This document shows positions 12,101-25,212 of a DNA stretch of 64,000 nucleotides, in pieces (positions within the stretch are counted from its first letter, which is position 1; every line of letters starts with the position of its first letter). The stretch lies in assembly GCF_009914755.1 (NCBI RefSeq), contig NC_060926.1. The stretch is one strand, 5' to 3'. The stretch comes from the human T2T-CHM13v2.0 reference genome, Homo sapiens. The position numbers and the translations under genes were made by a program. The notes under the pieces are model-generated. The model made no database searches and was not told where the DNA came from. It worked only from the letters and a program-made list of their open reading frames with translations.

Positions 12101-13615
12101 AAAAACAATTTGAATCCTTCAGAAGACAGGGCTATAAAAATAGAAGTAATTATGACCTAAGCCACCAATAGTAATTAAATTAAATAGGCTCATAGTGAAT
12201 GAACAAAAATTTATTTGTTGTGTAGAAACCTGAGGATGTGTTTATAAAGTTTAAAAAGCAAAACCCATACTGGCATTTAAATAAAGATTGCTCTGTAAAA
12301 CGTGTGCATGTGACAAAGACTGCACAGAAAACGGTGAAAGTGGCCATGTGAGTGGGAGAAACACAGGTGTGGTTTTTATTTTATATAAATTTGTTCTAAC
12401 ATTTTATTTGTTGCACCCATTATTTTTTTCAACAACTAAAAACAAACTTCCAAAGTGCTTTTATCTTTAAATTTACTTTATGGAGGTAGTCACACTGCCT
12501 TTAGAAAAACTTTATTAGACTGCACTTACTACATTATCTAGAAAATAACACATTTATATGCCTATAGATTCATCTGCCCCCCAAAACCACACAAAACAAA
12601 AAATATAGATGTCTGGTTTTGTCTTTCTCTATAAATAAAAGGAGGCAGAGACAGTAAATATAGAAAGGTGGCATGTTACATTACCATAACACACCAGAAA
12701 CCCAAGGTGAGGATAAAAGTGCTATTTATCAACCCACTGAGAGCTATGATTCTGTGGATTTTCATGTCTTCAGTGTTACTGGAGCTTAGATAATTCCAGA
12801 ATTTTATTCTTTATCTTAGAACTTCATCTTTGGAAAGCTTTTTAGTAAAACTAGGAGGTAGAGTAAAGAAGGTATGAGCCTGATGGGGAACAAAGATAAA
12901 TGAGTGAAACATGTGGAGTATCCATACTCCAAATAGAAACAGAAGGCAGGGGAAATTTCAAATTCAAAGGGAATACTAAGTGTCAAGATACTCATCACTT
13001 CCACATTCATGTACTTGTTTGCAACCCTAGCTCAGGCAACACCACCTGATTTCTGTTTAGTATCTTTCCAAAAACACCATTCCAGGTCAGGAATTCATTT
13101 GTCTCATTTTAAAATAGAAATTTAGTAGAAAATAAAATAGAAGTAGACAATATTAATATTATATTTCTTTTCATCTTGAGTATATTTCTTATTCTCTCTG
13201 TGTTTCTGTTACCTCTTAAATACATATCCATGTATTTATTATTAGGTATCTGTCTTTGTAGATAACATAACAAAGGTTTGTTAGCATTAAAATAAATCGG
13301 ATATTATTTAGGGTGAAGAATACAGCATTTCTCTCTTTTAATTCAAAAATTTTCAAAAAACAGTCTGGGTTTCTAAGAGAAGTATGACGAACATTTTCTG
13401 ACACTTAGCCTATTCTAGGCTCTGAGCTATGTGCTTTAAATGTTTTATACCATTACCCCTCATACCAACTATCAGAGATAGAGGTTGTTCTCAGTTTACA
13501 GGTGAGATGACTTGCTCAAGGTCTTGGAGCAGGGAGTTAAGCTACACCTGACATGGGAAACAGGTTAAAATTTTATACTGTACAGTTTGTGAGAAAAGAG
13601 TAGCTTTCTTTGTTT

Positions 13616-14591
13616 GGTTTTTCTTTTTTTATTACACTTTTTTCTATTTTTTATTATACTTTAAGTTCTGGGATACATGTGCAGAACATGCAGGTTTGTT
13701 ACATAGGTATACACGTGCCATGGTGGTTTGCTGCACCCATCAACCCATCATCTATGTTAGGTATTTCTCCTAATGCTATCCCTCCCCTAACCCCCCACCC
13801 CCTGACAGGCCTTGGTGTGTGATGTTCCCCTCCCTGTGTCCATGTGTTCTCATTGTTCAACTCCCACTTATGAGTGAGAACAAGCGGTGTTTGGCTTTCT
13901 GTTCTTGTGTTAGTTTGCTGAGAATGATGGTTTCCAGCTTCATCCATGTCCCTACAAAGGACATGAACTCATCCTTTTTATGGCTGCTTAGTATTCCATG
14001 GTGTATATGGGCCACATTTTCTTTATCCCTTCTATCATCGATGGGCATTTGGGTTGGTTCCAAGTATTTGCTATTGTGAATAGTGCTGCAATAAACATAT
14101 GTGTGCGCATGTGTCTTCATAGTAGAATGATTTATAATCCTTTGGGTATATACCCAGTAATGGGATTGCTGGGTCAAATGGTATTTCTGGATCAAGATCC
14201 TTGAGGAATTGCCACACTGTCTTCCACAATGATTGAACTAATTTACATTCCCACCAACAATGTAAAAGCATTCTTATTTCTCCACATCCTCTCCAGCATC
14301 TGTTGTTTCCTGACTTTGAGTGAACAGGCAACCTACAGAATGGGAGAAAATTTTGGCAATGTATCCATATGACAAAGGGCTAATATCCAGAATCTATAAG
14401 GAATTAAACAAATTTACAAGAAAAAACAAACAACCCCATCAAAAAGTGGGCAAAGGATATGAACAGACACTTCTCAAAAGAAGACATTTATGCTGCCAAC
14501 AAACATATGAAAAAAAGCTCATCATCACTGGTCATTAGAGAAATGCGAATCAAAACCACAATGAGATACCATCTCACCCAGTTAGAATGGC
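13616..14591 (-). mobile_element. L1PA7-like element with 5' inversion (twin priming)
   Basis: 13616-14317 antisense L1 3' end; 14318-14591 sense ORF2 segment; TSD GCTTTCTTTGTTT at 13603-13615 and 14590-14602; ORF track shows L1 ORF2 peptides on both strands (e.g. [18 protein letters not shown]). Confidence 0.93.
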
Positions 14592-17500
14592 TTTCTTTGT
14601 TTTTTAAAAAAGATCTTGCCCTTAAGACACCACACCACTGATGCTGGAAGAAAAGTGCATATTTGTCAATTAAGGAAACGTGAAAGAGAATGAGTTAGAC
14701 TGGAAAAGAGGCCTTGAAATGCAAAGAGATAAAGAGAGATAAAGGTATCTCGGCACATCAGACTTACGCATAACAAAGTAGGTTATAGGTTTTGCACATC
14801 TGAGTCCTAGTGTATGAATTCTGGCTTGGCACGCAGGAAATTGTGGGTGGATATTGTGACGGGGCTTCTGTGGAGAGAGTGTCCCTACTCTCCTCTACCC
14901 ACCCAGCTTCAGCCTGGGTTGCCTCCTCAATGTCAGAGACTCCAATAGCACCCCGTGCTTCTCATTTGCAGAACCCCTTGCCCTTCCGATTACTTTTTTT
15001 ACATCCATCTCCCCAGCCAGGTCAGAGGCTCTAGGTGTGCTGTGACCATCTCCACTCATCACCATGGAACACCTGGCATACGGGGCCTCAGGCAAAGCTG
15101 CTAGTGGAGGCCTTGGGCCACCCCCTTCTCTCTTCCCACACTGGACACCCCAGTTTCATACTCAAGCTCCATCCTCTTCCACTTAACCACAGCTGGTCCT
15201 GTGCCTCCTCCTTGAAGCCATTTGGACAGGGAATTCTGGGGTCTTGGGTACCTGGAGCAGGGCCTAGAAATGGAGGAATGTGACCAGGGCAAACAGTGTA
15301 TATTGTGGGGCCCAGGGCAGAGGCCCTGATTGCCTGAGTCTACAGGCAATGTTGCCAGCATTCCAGAAACACTGTTGTGCATGTGACGAACATTAATAAA
15401 CTGCAGCACTGCTACAGAGAAATAACATGAAGCCAACTCAGAGGGCCCTGAACAGCAGGAAGCGGTGTACAGGCTTTGCCGGAAGAGAGGGCAGGTCTGA
15501 GGGGCAGCAATGGTAGAGCCTGAATGAAACACTCACTGTAGCTTACCATACTCTAGCTATTATTTTTCCATTACTTTTCTATAACTTTTAAGGGCAGAGA
15601 ATGTTCCTTTTCATTGCAGAGGAAGTTCCATTTACTTGGATGTTTACTAAAGGATAATCTCAAGCTTCCCAGTAATGACTCAAACAAATAGAATTTGGAC
15701 ATTCTGAGAATAACCTAGACCCTCAGATTTTTTCCCAATCTGTCACTAGTAGTTTGTACACCCACACAGCATGCCTAACACGTTTCTGATAATGTATTTA
15801 AGGTTCAGAGTGAAATTTCATACTCTGTGAAATTTAAAAGCAAGGTAAATTCTTGTTTATACAGCAGTGCCTATAGGGTAGAGATCAATGAAATGGGGAC
15901 ATCTGAATGAAACAAATATAAAACCCAAACAGAAATTTTTACTGTATGAAAACAAAACCATCTTTTCTATAGCTAGACCAATGCTATATGTCAGGATGAT
16001 TTTGAAGTTAAAGTTTAGGGCTAACAGGAAGTGAGAGCATGAGGTGCTGAGAGAATTCTTGTGAAGCAGTAGAGAAAGTTCCTGGGAATGAACCAGAATA
16101 CCATTTGTTTTCCTCCATTGTTTTATTTTAAGAATAATTCTGAGAGATTCAGAATGTGCTTCATTTATAGAAGGAGAAAAAAACAAGGGAATATATATTC
16201 AGTAGACAGGAACTCCATTTAAAAAAGAATTGACAATTACTTAGAAGTCAGGAAACCAATTTTCAAATCAATACCTTGTTTGAGAAGGATAACGTGATGT
16301 AGTGTCAAAGTAGGAAGCATTATCAAAGCTGCATTTACTTTGCATCAGTTTTTAAGCAGTCCGAGTCAATGCGGAAACATCTGAGAAAGGAAGGTCAGAC
16401 AAAAAGGAGTTACAATCTGAACTAAATCTTTATGCTGTCTTAGCCAAACCTTACCATACAGGACAAAGCCAAAAATCAAGTTTGAGTTGCGTTTATAACT
16501 CACATTTGCTTAGTTGTAGCCTAACTGCCAAAGAACATCTCCATCCAAGCCCTACCCCTGCCCCTGGAATAAACAGCATAACTACAAACAGGAACAGCCG
16601 CAGAATTGGGTCCCTTGTGTCCCACTCAGATTCTTGGTGGCATTGCAAAACACAATTTGAATATTATTAAAGGGGACATAGACAACAAAAGGAGGTTTAA
16701 AGTAAATTACATGAAATGAGTTTTTATCATCTCTGCTTTATTTGGTATGTGAGAAATTCAATGCCATCTACATATGTACATCACTGAAGAATAATTTCAG
16801 CGTAACCAGCTGAAGGAGCAGAAATATCTTTAATTTGTGGAATGATTAATCATGATTTGCATATCATTATCAAATCAAGAAAGTGCTCAGTAAAGTGCAC
16901 TCTAAGACAAAGTAAAGACATAGACTGCTGGAACGGAATGATGAAGGAACCAAATTTGTTTTTTCAATATTTGGCACAAAGCCTTTTCCCATTCGTTTTA
17001 AATTACTAGGAAAAGTAAACGTTTTGGTAAATGCTTCAGAGAGATTTATAGGGGACCCTAAATGCAGTCTACTTGGTGACTGACTCAATTTTAATTCCTT
17101 TGGTTCTTGGTTGCAGAAAGGGCAACATTGTTACCACTTGCCTGGTCAAAGGTTACACTTCCTGCCCTCCATCAACCTGGCTGGGACATGTGAGTATTTT
17201 TAGATACTACGCAGGTCACCTTCCAAGGGGAATCACTCAGGCTAACCATCTGATTAAGAGGCTTTTGTAATGAATACTGCGGCCAGGTATGCAATTAGCA
17301 CAGCACTAGCTCTCCCTTGTTTAATGAAATGCATACTAGGTGCACATTCATGGAAGAGCTAAGTAAACAGCCAAATAGTCATTCTTTCTTTTCAAAACTT
17401 TTAACTACTATTTTAATTGCATTTTTTTATATATATAATACAAAGTTTTCTGTTCACATCCCAGGGAATTTGGAAATTCAGAGTGCCAGATTTGGGTTGT

Positions 17501-18359
17501 TGTTTCTCCTAAGAGGCTTCCACAGGCGCAGCTTGAGTCATTCGCTTTCAGCTCAATGTTAATACCCATGGCCATGCATGGGTGCTCTTCCCCTATGATC
17601 TCTGTTAATGGAGAACCCTTACTGAGTGCTTACAGGAGCCAAGCACTGTCTTAGGCTCTTGACTTGCTTAAGACGATCATTCTTTCTTTCTCACAGACAA
17701 GGAAACTGAAGCCAGACAGCTGAGAGCCTGTGCCCTCACCTGGGACCCAGATCAACAAGACTGGGCCAGAGCAAAAATAGTGAAGACTTCTGAAGTTGTC
17801 CTGGGTTCTCCAATATCCCCTCTCTGTTTTCCCTGTAGTAGTGTCCCTCTCCTCGCCCTCAGACACTAAAATGCTGGACTCTAACCACCATCCCAACTCA
17901 AAGCAGAGATTTGCCACCTTAATTTCCTCAGCTCAGGATGGGCACTGTTGTGGTACCACCCATGGGTGTTAACTTGTTAGCTTGGCCAATCTAGCCTCAC
18001 ATCCTCTGACTCTAGGGATCATTTCAGGGTGTGTGCATGACCCACAATAGTCCAATCAGAGTTGAGCTAGGTCCTGGCGACAACTGTAAGGCCCAGTCTG
18101 GCTGGATCTGCAGCTGGTTCTACCCGTGGTCCTCTCAGCTATGTGACCTGATGAATTCCCTTTTTCCTGAAGTAGTTTAGATTGAGTTTTCTGACATTTG
18201 TCTCAGAAAGGAGTCCTTGTATCAGAAAATAAAAATGTTGCCCAGTGGCAGCGAGAAGCCACTGTGATCCTTCAAAGAAGCAGAGGGGTGGGGTGGGTGT
18301 TGTGACAGATGAGGGTGAGGGGAAAGAGACTTAACACTGAAAAGCTACAACTTCGACAT

Positions 18360-18550
18360 TTATTTTATCATTTAATGCCCCCAGTGATCTTGTAAAGAAG
18401 GTGACATTCTCTCTAGTTCACAGATGAGGAAACTGAGGCCCAGGAAGATTCAGTAATGTCACTCATTTCACAGTTTATAAGTGGCTGATTTGGCCTTCAA
18501 ACTGGGCCCACCTGGCCCCAAAGGCCACAAGTGACTTTCTGCCACTCAGT
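18360..18550 (-). mobile_element. MIR SINE
   Basis: ACAGATGAGGAAACTGAGGCCCAG core. Confidence 0.75.
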
Positions 18551-18869
18551 GCTGCTCCAGAGAGTGCTGTGTAAGATGGAGCACCTGGGCAGTGAAATTC
18601 TCCAAGGCACTGTACGTTTGATGTGCCATCTTCAAAGTACTCAACGTGTCATCTCATTTGCTGGGTGTCGTGGATGAGGTGGGTGAATATGATGGGTAGA
18701 TGTTATATTCACTTCTTGGAGATGAGCTCCTGTCATGAGAGTGGATAAGATTTGGGCTAACACTTTGGTTGTAAAGATTGAGAGGAAGGAAACAAATATG
18801 AAAATGTGATGCATTCAAAGTAGTAATGTTTTGCTGTAAGAGGACTCACAGAAGACAACGTGGACTTAA

Positions 18870-19247
<378 letters not shown>

Positions 19248-21694
19248 TAACATTTTAAATGTTGTACTGTGAGTACAGTTCTGTACCAGGTGCTTTGAGA
19301 ATATTAAAGAGAATTTTGTTGAGGAAGCCAAAATATACAGAACCAAGGAGCAATTAAATAGCAAGACATGAACAAGAGAAGATAAAAACACATGTATGCA
19401 TATGTTTGGAGTACACCAAGGGTAACAGGAGGGATCATGAGTTAAGTGGGGCTGGCCAAACGCAACTTTTTGTATCTCTTGAGTTTTAAGCTGAGATCCT
19501 GAGAATTAACCTCATCAGTAGAAGTGGGCAGGAAAGATATCTTTTATTATAGTAGGAGCAAATTTAGGTGGCCTTTTATTCTACTGAGCAAAAGAAAGTC
19601 GTAGCTGGGTCTCTGGAGAAGGGGATGCTGGAAACTAGGGTTTGAGCCAGATTTCCACTGTGCCTGTCTGAAGAGCAGACAGGGAAAGGCAGCCTATCAT
19701 GAGGTTGCTATTAAAGTCCTGGAATGACACTGGGAGGCTTTACCTAGAATGGCAGCTGGGAAAACATGGAAAAGGTGAATCCAAACAAATAGGGATTTGG
19801 GCAACTGTCCTTTCTGGCTCAGTTGCTCAAGGAAAGTGTACACCATTGGGAAGTAAATCAGACTGGGTCTTATTCATCTTCCCTTAGTGTCTGGCACTCT
19901 GGGGATATTGATATGTGTTTACTAAATGAACAAGTGAATGAATGAATGAATAAGACTGACTCAACTGGGAGGGTACCTTAGAAGCAGGAGCAAGATAATA
20001 GCTATTGATCAATGGCTGGAAGTTACGAAGAGTTCAAAAAGATTCAGAATGGAGTAGGGCCATTTTTCTTTACAGAAGTGAAGAAGTCATTAACTGGATG
20101 GGAATTGTGGTTTCTTTTGCGGTGGGGCAGGTGGAAATTATGCTGGAAAGGATGGATCTCTTTGGCTCATTTACATGGCCTGGTTACACCAGGTCTTCAA
20201 CTTCCACACCAATCAATATTTATATCCTTAATGCTCCCTGGCTTCCCTTCTCACAGAGGTAAGACACATCAGGATTTGAATTCCAGGTACTTTGCTCTCT
20301 GTAGACATATTTGCTTTGGTATGAGAATTATCTTGCTTGACATACCTTAGTATTCTTTACCTCTGCTCAGCGGTTTCAGTAGTTTTTTTTTCCCCCAAAC
20401 CTGTTTATAGGGTTTTGCAGACCTGCCTTCTCTCTTAAAGGGACATTTCTGTTTCCTCCAAACATTTTCTAAAACACCTGAACAAACCAATTAAAAGAAA
20501 AAGTCATCTTGTAGTTTATAATGGTATTTGTGACTTTATAGGCAGTGAAATCTCTTCCTATATACATCCTAAATTAACAGAGTCTGCCCTTCATCTTTCC
20601 TTGTTTCTCTCAGGGCAGGAAATTGTTCTGGTAAATGGAGTCCCTCCCCCACGAATGCCTGGGATGGCCAGAGCCACAGAGTCCTCTGATTGTGCCCCAG
20701 GTTGATGGTTCTGTGTGCAGGGGGTCTGCATTGCTCCAGTGATCCCATGAAATGGAATTCTTTCCCCAAGCTGGAGCCCCTAAATTTACCTCTTTCTTCC
20801 TGCATTCCCTCAGAGATAGAGAATCCGAGTTAATCCCTTCAGGATTCTTATGGTTTTAACTCTTGCCTCTTCTGCTGCTGTCCTCCACTTAAATACCCGA
20901 AGCGAATTCCCTAAGCTCATTCCAGCATTGATCCTTATTTTCTTGTATAAAGGGAGAACTGCATTAAAGGTAGAGTTTCTTTAAGTGAGATTCTTATGCA
21001 ATTATATATTTTTTTCTGTATTTAATGGTTGACTGTTATTCTCTTACAATGTCAAATCCTTTCTAACCTTGCTTTTCAAAACAAGCTTTGCTTTCTATTT
21101 CTTATAACTTGCTTTGGGGGAAAGAACTTTCACAGCATTTAGAGGAAAGGATGCTTAGACTAGGAGTGAAAATACCAGGTTTTCCTTTTCCCTTGTCTCT
21201 TGGGGAATAAAACATCTTCACACAGGCACACTGTCAGGTGCTGCCAACAAACAGCTACTTCTATAAATCAGTTTATTAGGCCTTTAATTTCTGTGACATT
21301 TATCTTCCCAACTTAGTTGTAAACTTTTTTTGATCATGGGAACTGACTGTTTATTTCTTTTCCTTTTTTGTTTGTTTTGCATATTCTAAGCCAACTTCAG
21401 GATTGGGTTCTCCAAATTGTGGGAAGGGCCTCTATATGTGTAGCTGGTGCCCAGGTTGAGGTAGCTACTAATTCCTGTGGGGTTGGTTCTGTTTGTTAGA
21501 ATCATTGTTTTAAAATTAAAACATTTTAAAAATGAATTTATGCCAATATATGAAATGTGATGGCATGTTCACTATAATTATTTAGGATATTTTTGTCTAC
21601 AAGTGTCAGAAAACTCAATTCAAAGTGATGTAAACAACAAATGGAGTGTTCCCTGTACTTTTTCCCTGTAATTTACCTTACTTTTTCTGCCAAA

Positions 21695-21762
21695 ATTATT
21701 ACTAGCATTCCTTTCACTCTCAAAAGTGCCTGGATTTGGATGATAAAATATTTGGTCATCCA
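21695..21762. mobile_element. MER94-like hAT-Blackjack fragment
   Basis: CTCTCAAAAGTGCCTGGATTTGGATGATAAAATATTTGGTCATCC resembles the recalled MER94 end. Confidence 0.55.
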
Positions 21763-21764
21763 TA

Positions 21765-22402
21765 TCCGTGCTTAGTGGCTGCCGTAATAAATGACCATAA
21801 AGTTTGTGGTTTAAAACAACACAAATTTCCTTTCTTATGATTCTGTAGGCTAGAAGTCGAACACAGGTTTCACTGGGCTAAAATCAAAGTGGCACCAAGG
21901 CTGGGGTCCTTCTTGATGCCCTAGAGAAGAACACATTTTCTGTTGTCTAAAACATTTATTTTTAAATAGACTTTATCTTTTAAAGCAGTTTTAGATTCAT
22001 AGCAAAATTGGGCAAAAGGTACAGAAATTTCCCATATGACCCTGTCCTCACACATGCATAGCCTCCCCCAGTATCCTTGCTTTTCCCGGTTAGGAGAGGT
22101 TGCCTGCATTCCTTCAGTCATGGCCCCTTCCTTCAACAGTGTGCGGCCACGTGCTCCTCATACTACCGTATCTCAGGTCCTCTCTCCAGGTTCCCTTTCC
22201 CATGTTTAAATGCCCTTGTAATTACAGCACACCCATCCAGAACAATCCAGGATCATCTTCCTTTTTAAAAGTCATCAGTTGAGTTGCAACCTTGATTCTA
22301 TCTGCAACTTAATTCCTCTTTGTCCTGTAACAAAACATATTCACAGCAGCCAGCAATTAGGCCACGGTCATCTTTGGGGGGACTTTATCCAGCCTACCAC
22401 AT
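21765..22402 (-). mobile_element. MLT1D-like solo LTR interrupted by an L1 fragment
   Basis: GGCTGCCGTAATAAATGACCATAAA...GGGCTAAAATCAAAGTG...AATCCAGGATCATCTTC...TCTTTGGGGG. Confidence 0.8.
21950..22075 (-). mobile_element. L1MB/L1MA 3'-end fragment nested in the MLT1D
   Basis: ATAGACTTTATCTTTTAAAGCAGTTTTAGATTCATAGCAAAATTG...AGCCTCCCCCA. Confidence 0.75.
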
Positions 22403-23761
22403 CACTATACTCATAAAGGGCTTTATTATTGTATTATACATATCAAGAAGTCTAGACATGAGATGACTCCGGGAGGGTAAGTTTACAGCTGATGCCATCA
22501 TTATGGGCCCAAGTTCTCACGCCTTTCTGCCAAGCCATCTTCAGCGAGCAAGCTTGTCTTTTGCGTTGGGTGCAAGATGGCTGCCGCTTTCTCAGCCACT
22601 GTGTGCAGTCACAGCCACAGCCAGCTCAGATAAGCAAGGGGTAAAGAGATGGTTGTTTTGTCTCCTGTAACTCCTTACTAGTGATGAAAATCTTTTCCAC
22701 AGCCCCATAAGAAGATTCTTGTGTTTCACTGGCGAGGATGTAGCACACCATTGTTCACCCTCTGAAGCATATGGCTGAGGAGGGAGTGGACGCCAGAGTA
22801 AACTGGGGTACTCTCAAATGAAGGACAAAAGGGGAAGGACTCACAGGCAGGCAACCAACCATTTCCTGTGCATTCACAGGAAGGCGGGAGCAGGAACCTT
22901 CAGGGCACTCTTGTGACACGTCCTAGTTTCTATGCATGAAATTCTCTGGGACTATGAAGTGGGTAATAATTTTATTTAGAGTGACCGTTCCAGAAATCTT
23001 AAGGCACAACAAGATTGTTTTCAGTATTGCATAGATGAAGGAAGAAGACACTGTGAAACCAAATGCCACTCACAGAAGGAGGGTCTGAACCGCAGCCCTT
23101 AGGTATCCATCTTTGGTTTGCACCTGAGCCTCATTGCAGCTGTTTGACATCTTAGTCCTGTGACGACGTTGCTTCGGGTATAAATGTATGTAAAATCTTG
23201 AGGTAAAAAAGCATAACTTGTCAGCATATTTTTTTATGTTTTATAATAACTTTGCAAGTTTTCTATATTATCCATGCTCGATGCTTCAATAACTATTGTA
23301 GCTAATAGTCTCATGTACTTTTGTGAATTTATACAACCATATTGATAGCTATAGCCTCATAATGCAGAGCAGTACATTCCAGTAAACAACTGGGCTGTAA
23401 GATCCTATTATTACTGGCAGCAGGAATATATGGCAAACACAAGAAGCCACAAGCAATAAAAATTGCCTCATGTCCTTGTAATAGTCCAGGTGAAATGACA
23501 TGCCAGGCACGGGTAAATATCCACAAACTACCACAGAGCACCTCTTCACCCCTTGGGGAAGTAGGCTGTTAACACCAGAAGAAAAATTGCCACTGAGATT
23601 ATTAGAATGGAGTAGTGACACCTGGTAGTGAAGTGGCCCATTCTAGTTTTTCCATGGCTGTGGATAAAGTATGGTTCTCTCACATCATTCTACAGAAAAA
23701 AGTGGAATAAAACATGAATATGCCATTTATTTATTACTCCAAATTATTATCTTTATGGAAA

Positions 23762-24130
23762 CTCATTCATCTAATCAATAAGTGTTTATAGAGCACCTAC
23801 TATGTGCCTTCTACCATTTCAGGCTTTGGAGATAGATCAGTGAACCAAACAAAGATCCCTGCCCTTATGGAACTTATATTTACACAGGTGATGGACAAGA
23901 AACAGTAAATATAACGAATCAGTAAATTACATGGTGTGTTAGAAGGTGATAAATGTCATGGGAAAAGAAAAGTTAGAGCAGGTTAAAGGGGATTCGAAGT
24001 ATGAAGAGAGGGACAGAAGAGAAGAGGAGGGTTAGTGTTTACAATCGTAAATATGGCAGTCAGAGCAGGTCGCATAGAACAGGTGGTATTTATGAAAAAA
24101 ATGGGAGGTGAGGGAGTTAGCTGTGCAGAT
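23762..24130 (-). mobile_element. L2a 3' fragment
   Basis: TCATTCATCTAATCAATAAGTGTTTATAGAGCACCTACTATGTGCC...CCCTGCCCTTATGGAACTTATATT. Confidence 0.8.
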
Positions 24131-24139
24131 GGGAGAAGC

Positions 24140-24709
24140 ATAAATCAGATTACATCTCTCCCTGATTACCCCACTCACACTTAAAGCCTTTCAAAGTCTT
24201 CCCTTAGCACATACAGGGAAGTCTAACACTAACAGGACCTATAATGTAATTTTTTCTTCCTCTCAAATCATATGTTGTTCATCTCTTCCCCCAGCCCTTA
24301 CACTGCTTCAGCCACCTGGTCAACCTTCTGTTCCTTAGGGGCTTCACTCTCTTTGTTACTCGGGACCATCTTCCCTGGAGGTTTATCACGGCTGGCTCCT
24401 TGGCTCCTTCTCACCCTTCAAGTCTTAGCTAAAATGTCATCTCCTCAGAGAAGACTTCCTAAGTCCCTGTCAAAATTGGACACCAGTTACTATACTGTAT
24501 CACCCTATTGATTTTCCTTATAGCATTTTTTTTACTATAATCTGCCATTTTCTGGTTTATATATTTGTTTCCTTATGTTGTCTGTCTTCTTTCTTTGGAA
24601 TGTAAGTGCCCTGAAAGAGCCTTACACATGGAAAATGACCTTATCCATTTTATGCCTTACTTTATCTCTAAAATTTAGCACACGGTAAGCACCCAATACA
24701 TTTGTTAAC
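24140..24709 (+). mobile_element. L2 3' fragment whose tail is interrupted by an LTR
   Basis: AAATGTCATCTCCTCAGAGAAGACTTCC...GAATGTAAG...GCACCCAATACATTTGTTAA. Confidence 0.7.
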
Positions 24710-25060
24710 TGATATGGTTTGCCTCTGTGTCCCCACTGAAATCTCATCTCAAATTATAATCCCCACGTGTGGAGGGAAGGAGGTGAATGGATTATGGGGG
24801 TGGTTTCCCCCATGCTGTTCTCGTGATAGTGAGAGTTCTCATGAGATTTGATGGTTTTATAAGGGGCTCTTCCTCTTTCACTTTCTCTTCTCTCTCCTGT
24901 CACCTTGTGAGGAAGATGCCTACTTCCCCTTCTGCCATGATGGTAAGTTTCCTGAGGCCTCCCCAGCCATGAGGAACTGTGAGTCAATTAAACCTCTTTC
25001 CTTTATAAATTATCCAGTCTTGGGTATTTCTTTATAGCAGTGTGAAAATGGACTAATACA
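24710..25060 (+). mobile_element. THE1D/MSTA-like MaLR solo LTR
   Basis: TGATATGGTTTG...GTTTCCTGAGGCCTCCCCAGCCATG..AACTGTGAGTCAATTAAACCTCTTT...GGACTAATACA; TSD TTAAC/TTAAG. Confidence 0.93.
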
Positions 25061-25142
25061 TTAAGTGAACAAATGCATGCTTGTGTGTATGAGTATTTGG
25101 AGGCCTGTTGCTTTGTAGTAACTTAAGGCTTACAGAGTACTC

Positions 25143-25212
25143 ACCAACCACCACACCACCACCACCACCACAAGTGCGTGCATGTGCACGTGCACACGCA
25201 CACACACACACA
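25143..25212. repeat. Compound microsatellite: (CCA)n plus alternating purine-pyrimidine/(CA)n tract
   Basis: Read directly. Confidence 0.85.

Noticed and set aside
13610-14641. Cluster of ORFs with L1 ORF2-like peptides
   Set aside because: Fragments of a dead, truncated, inverted L1; not a functional CDS
23762-24709. Adjacent opposite-strand L2s (miR-28/151-type hairpin origin?)
   Set aside because: The 3' tails point outward about 950 bp apart and the copies are too diverged for a compact hairpin
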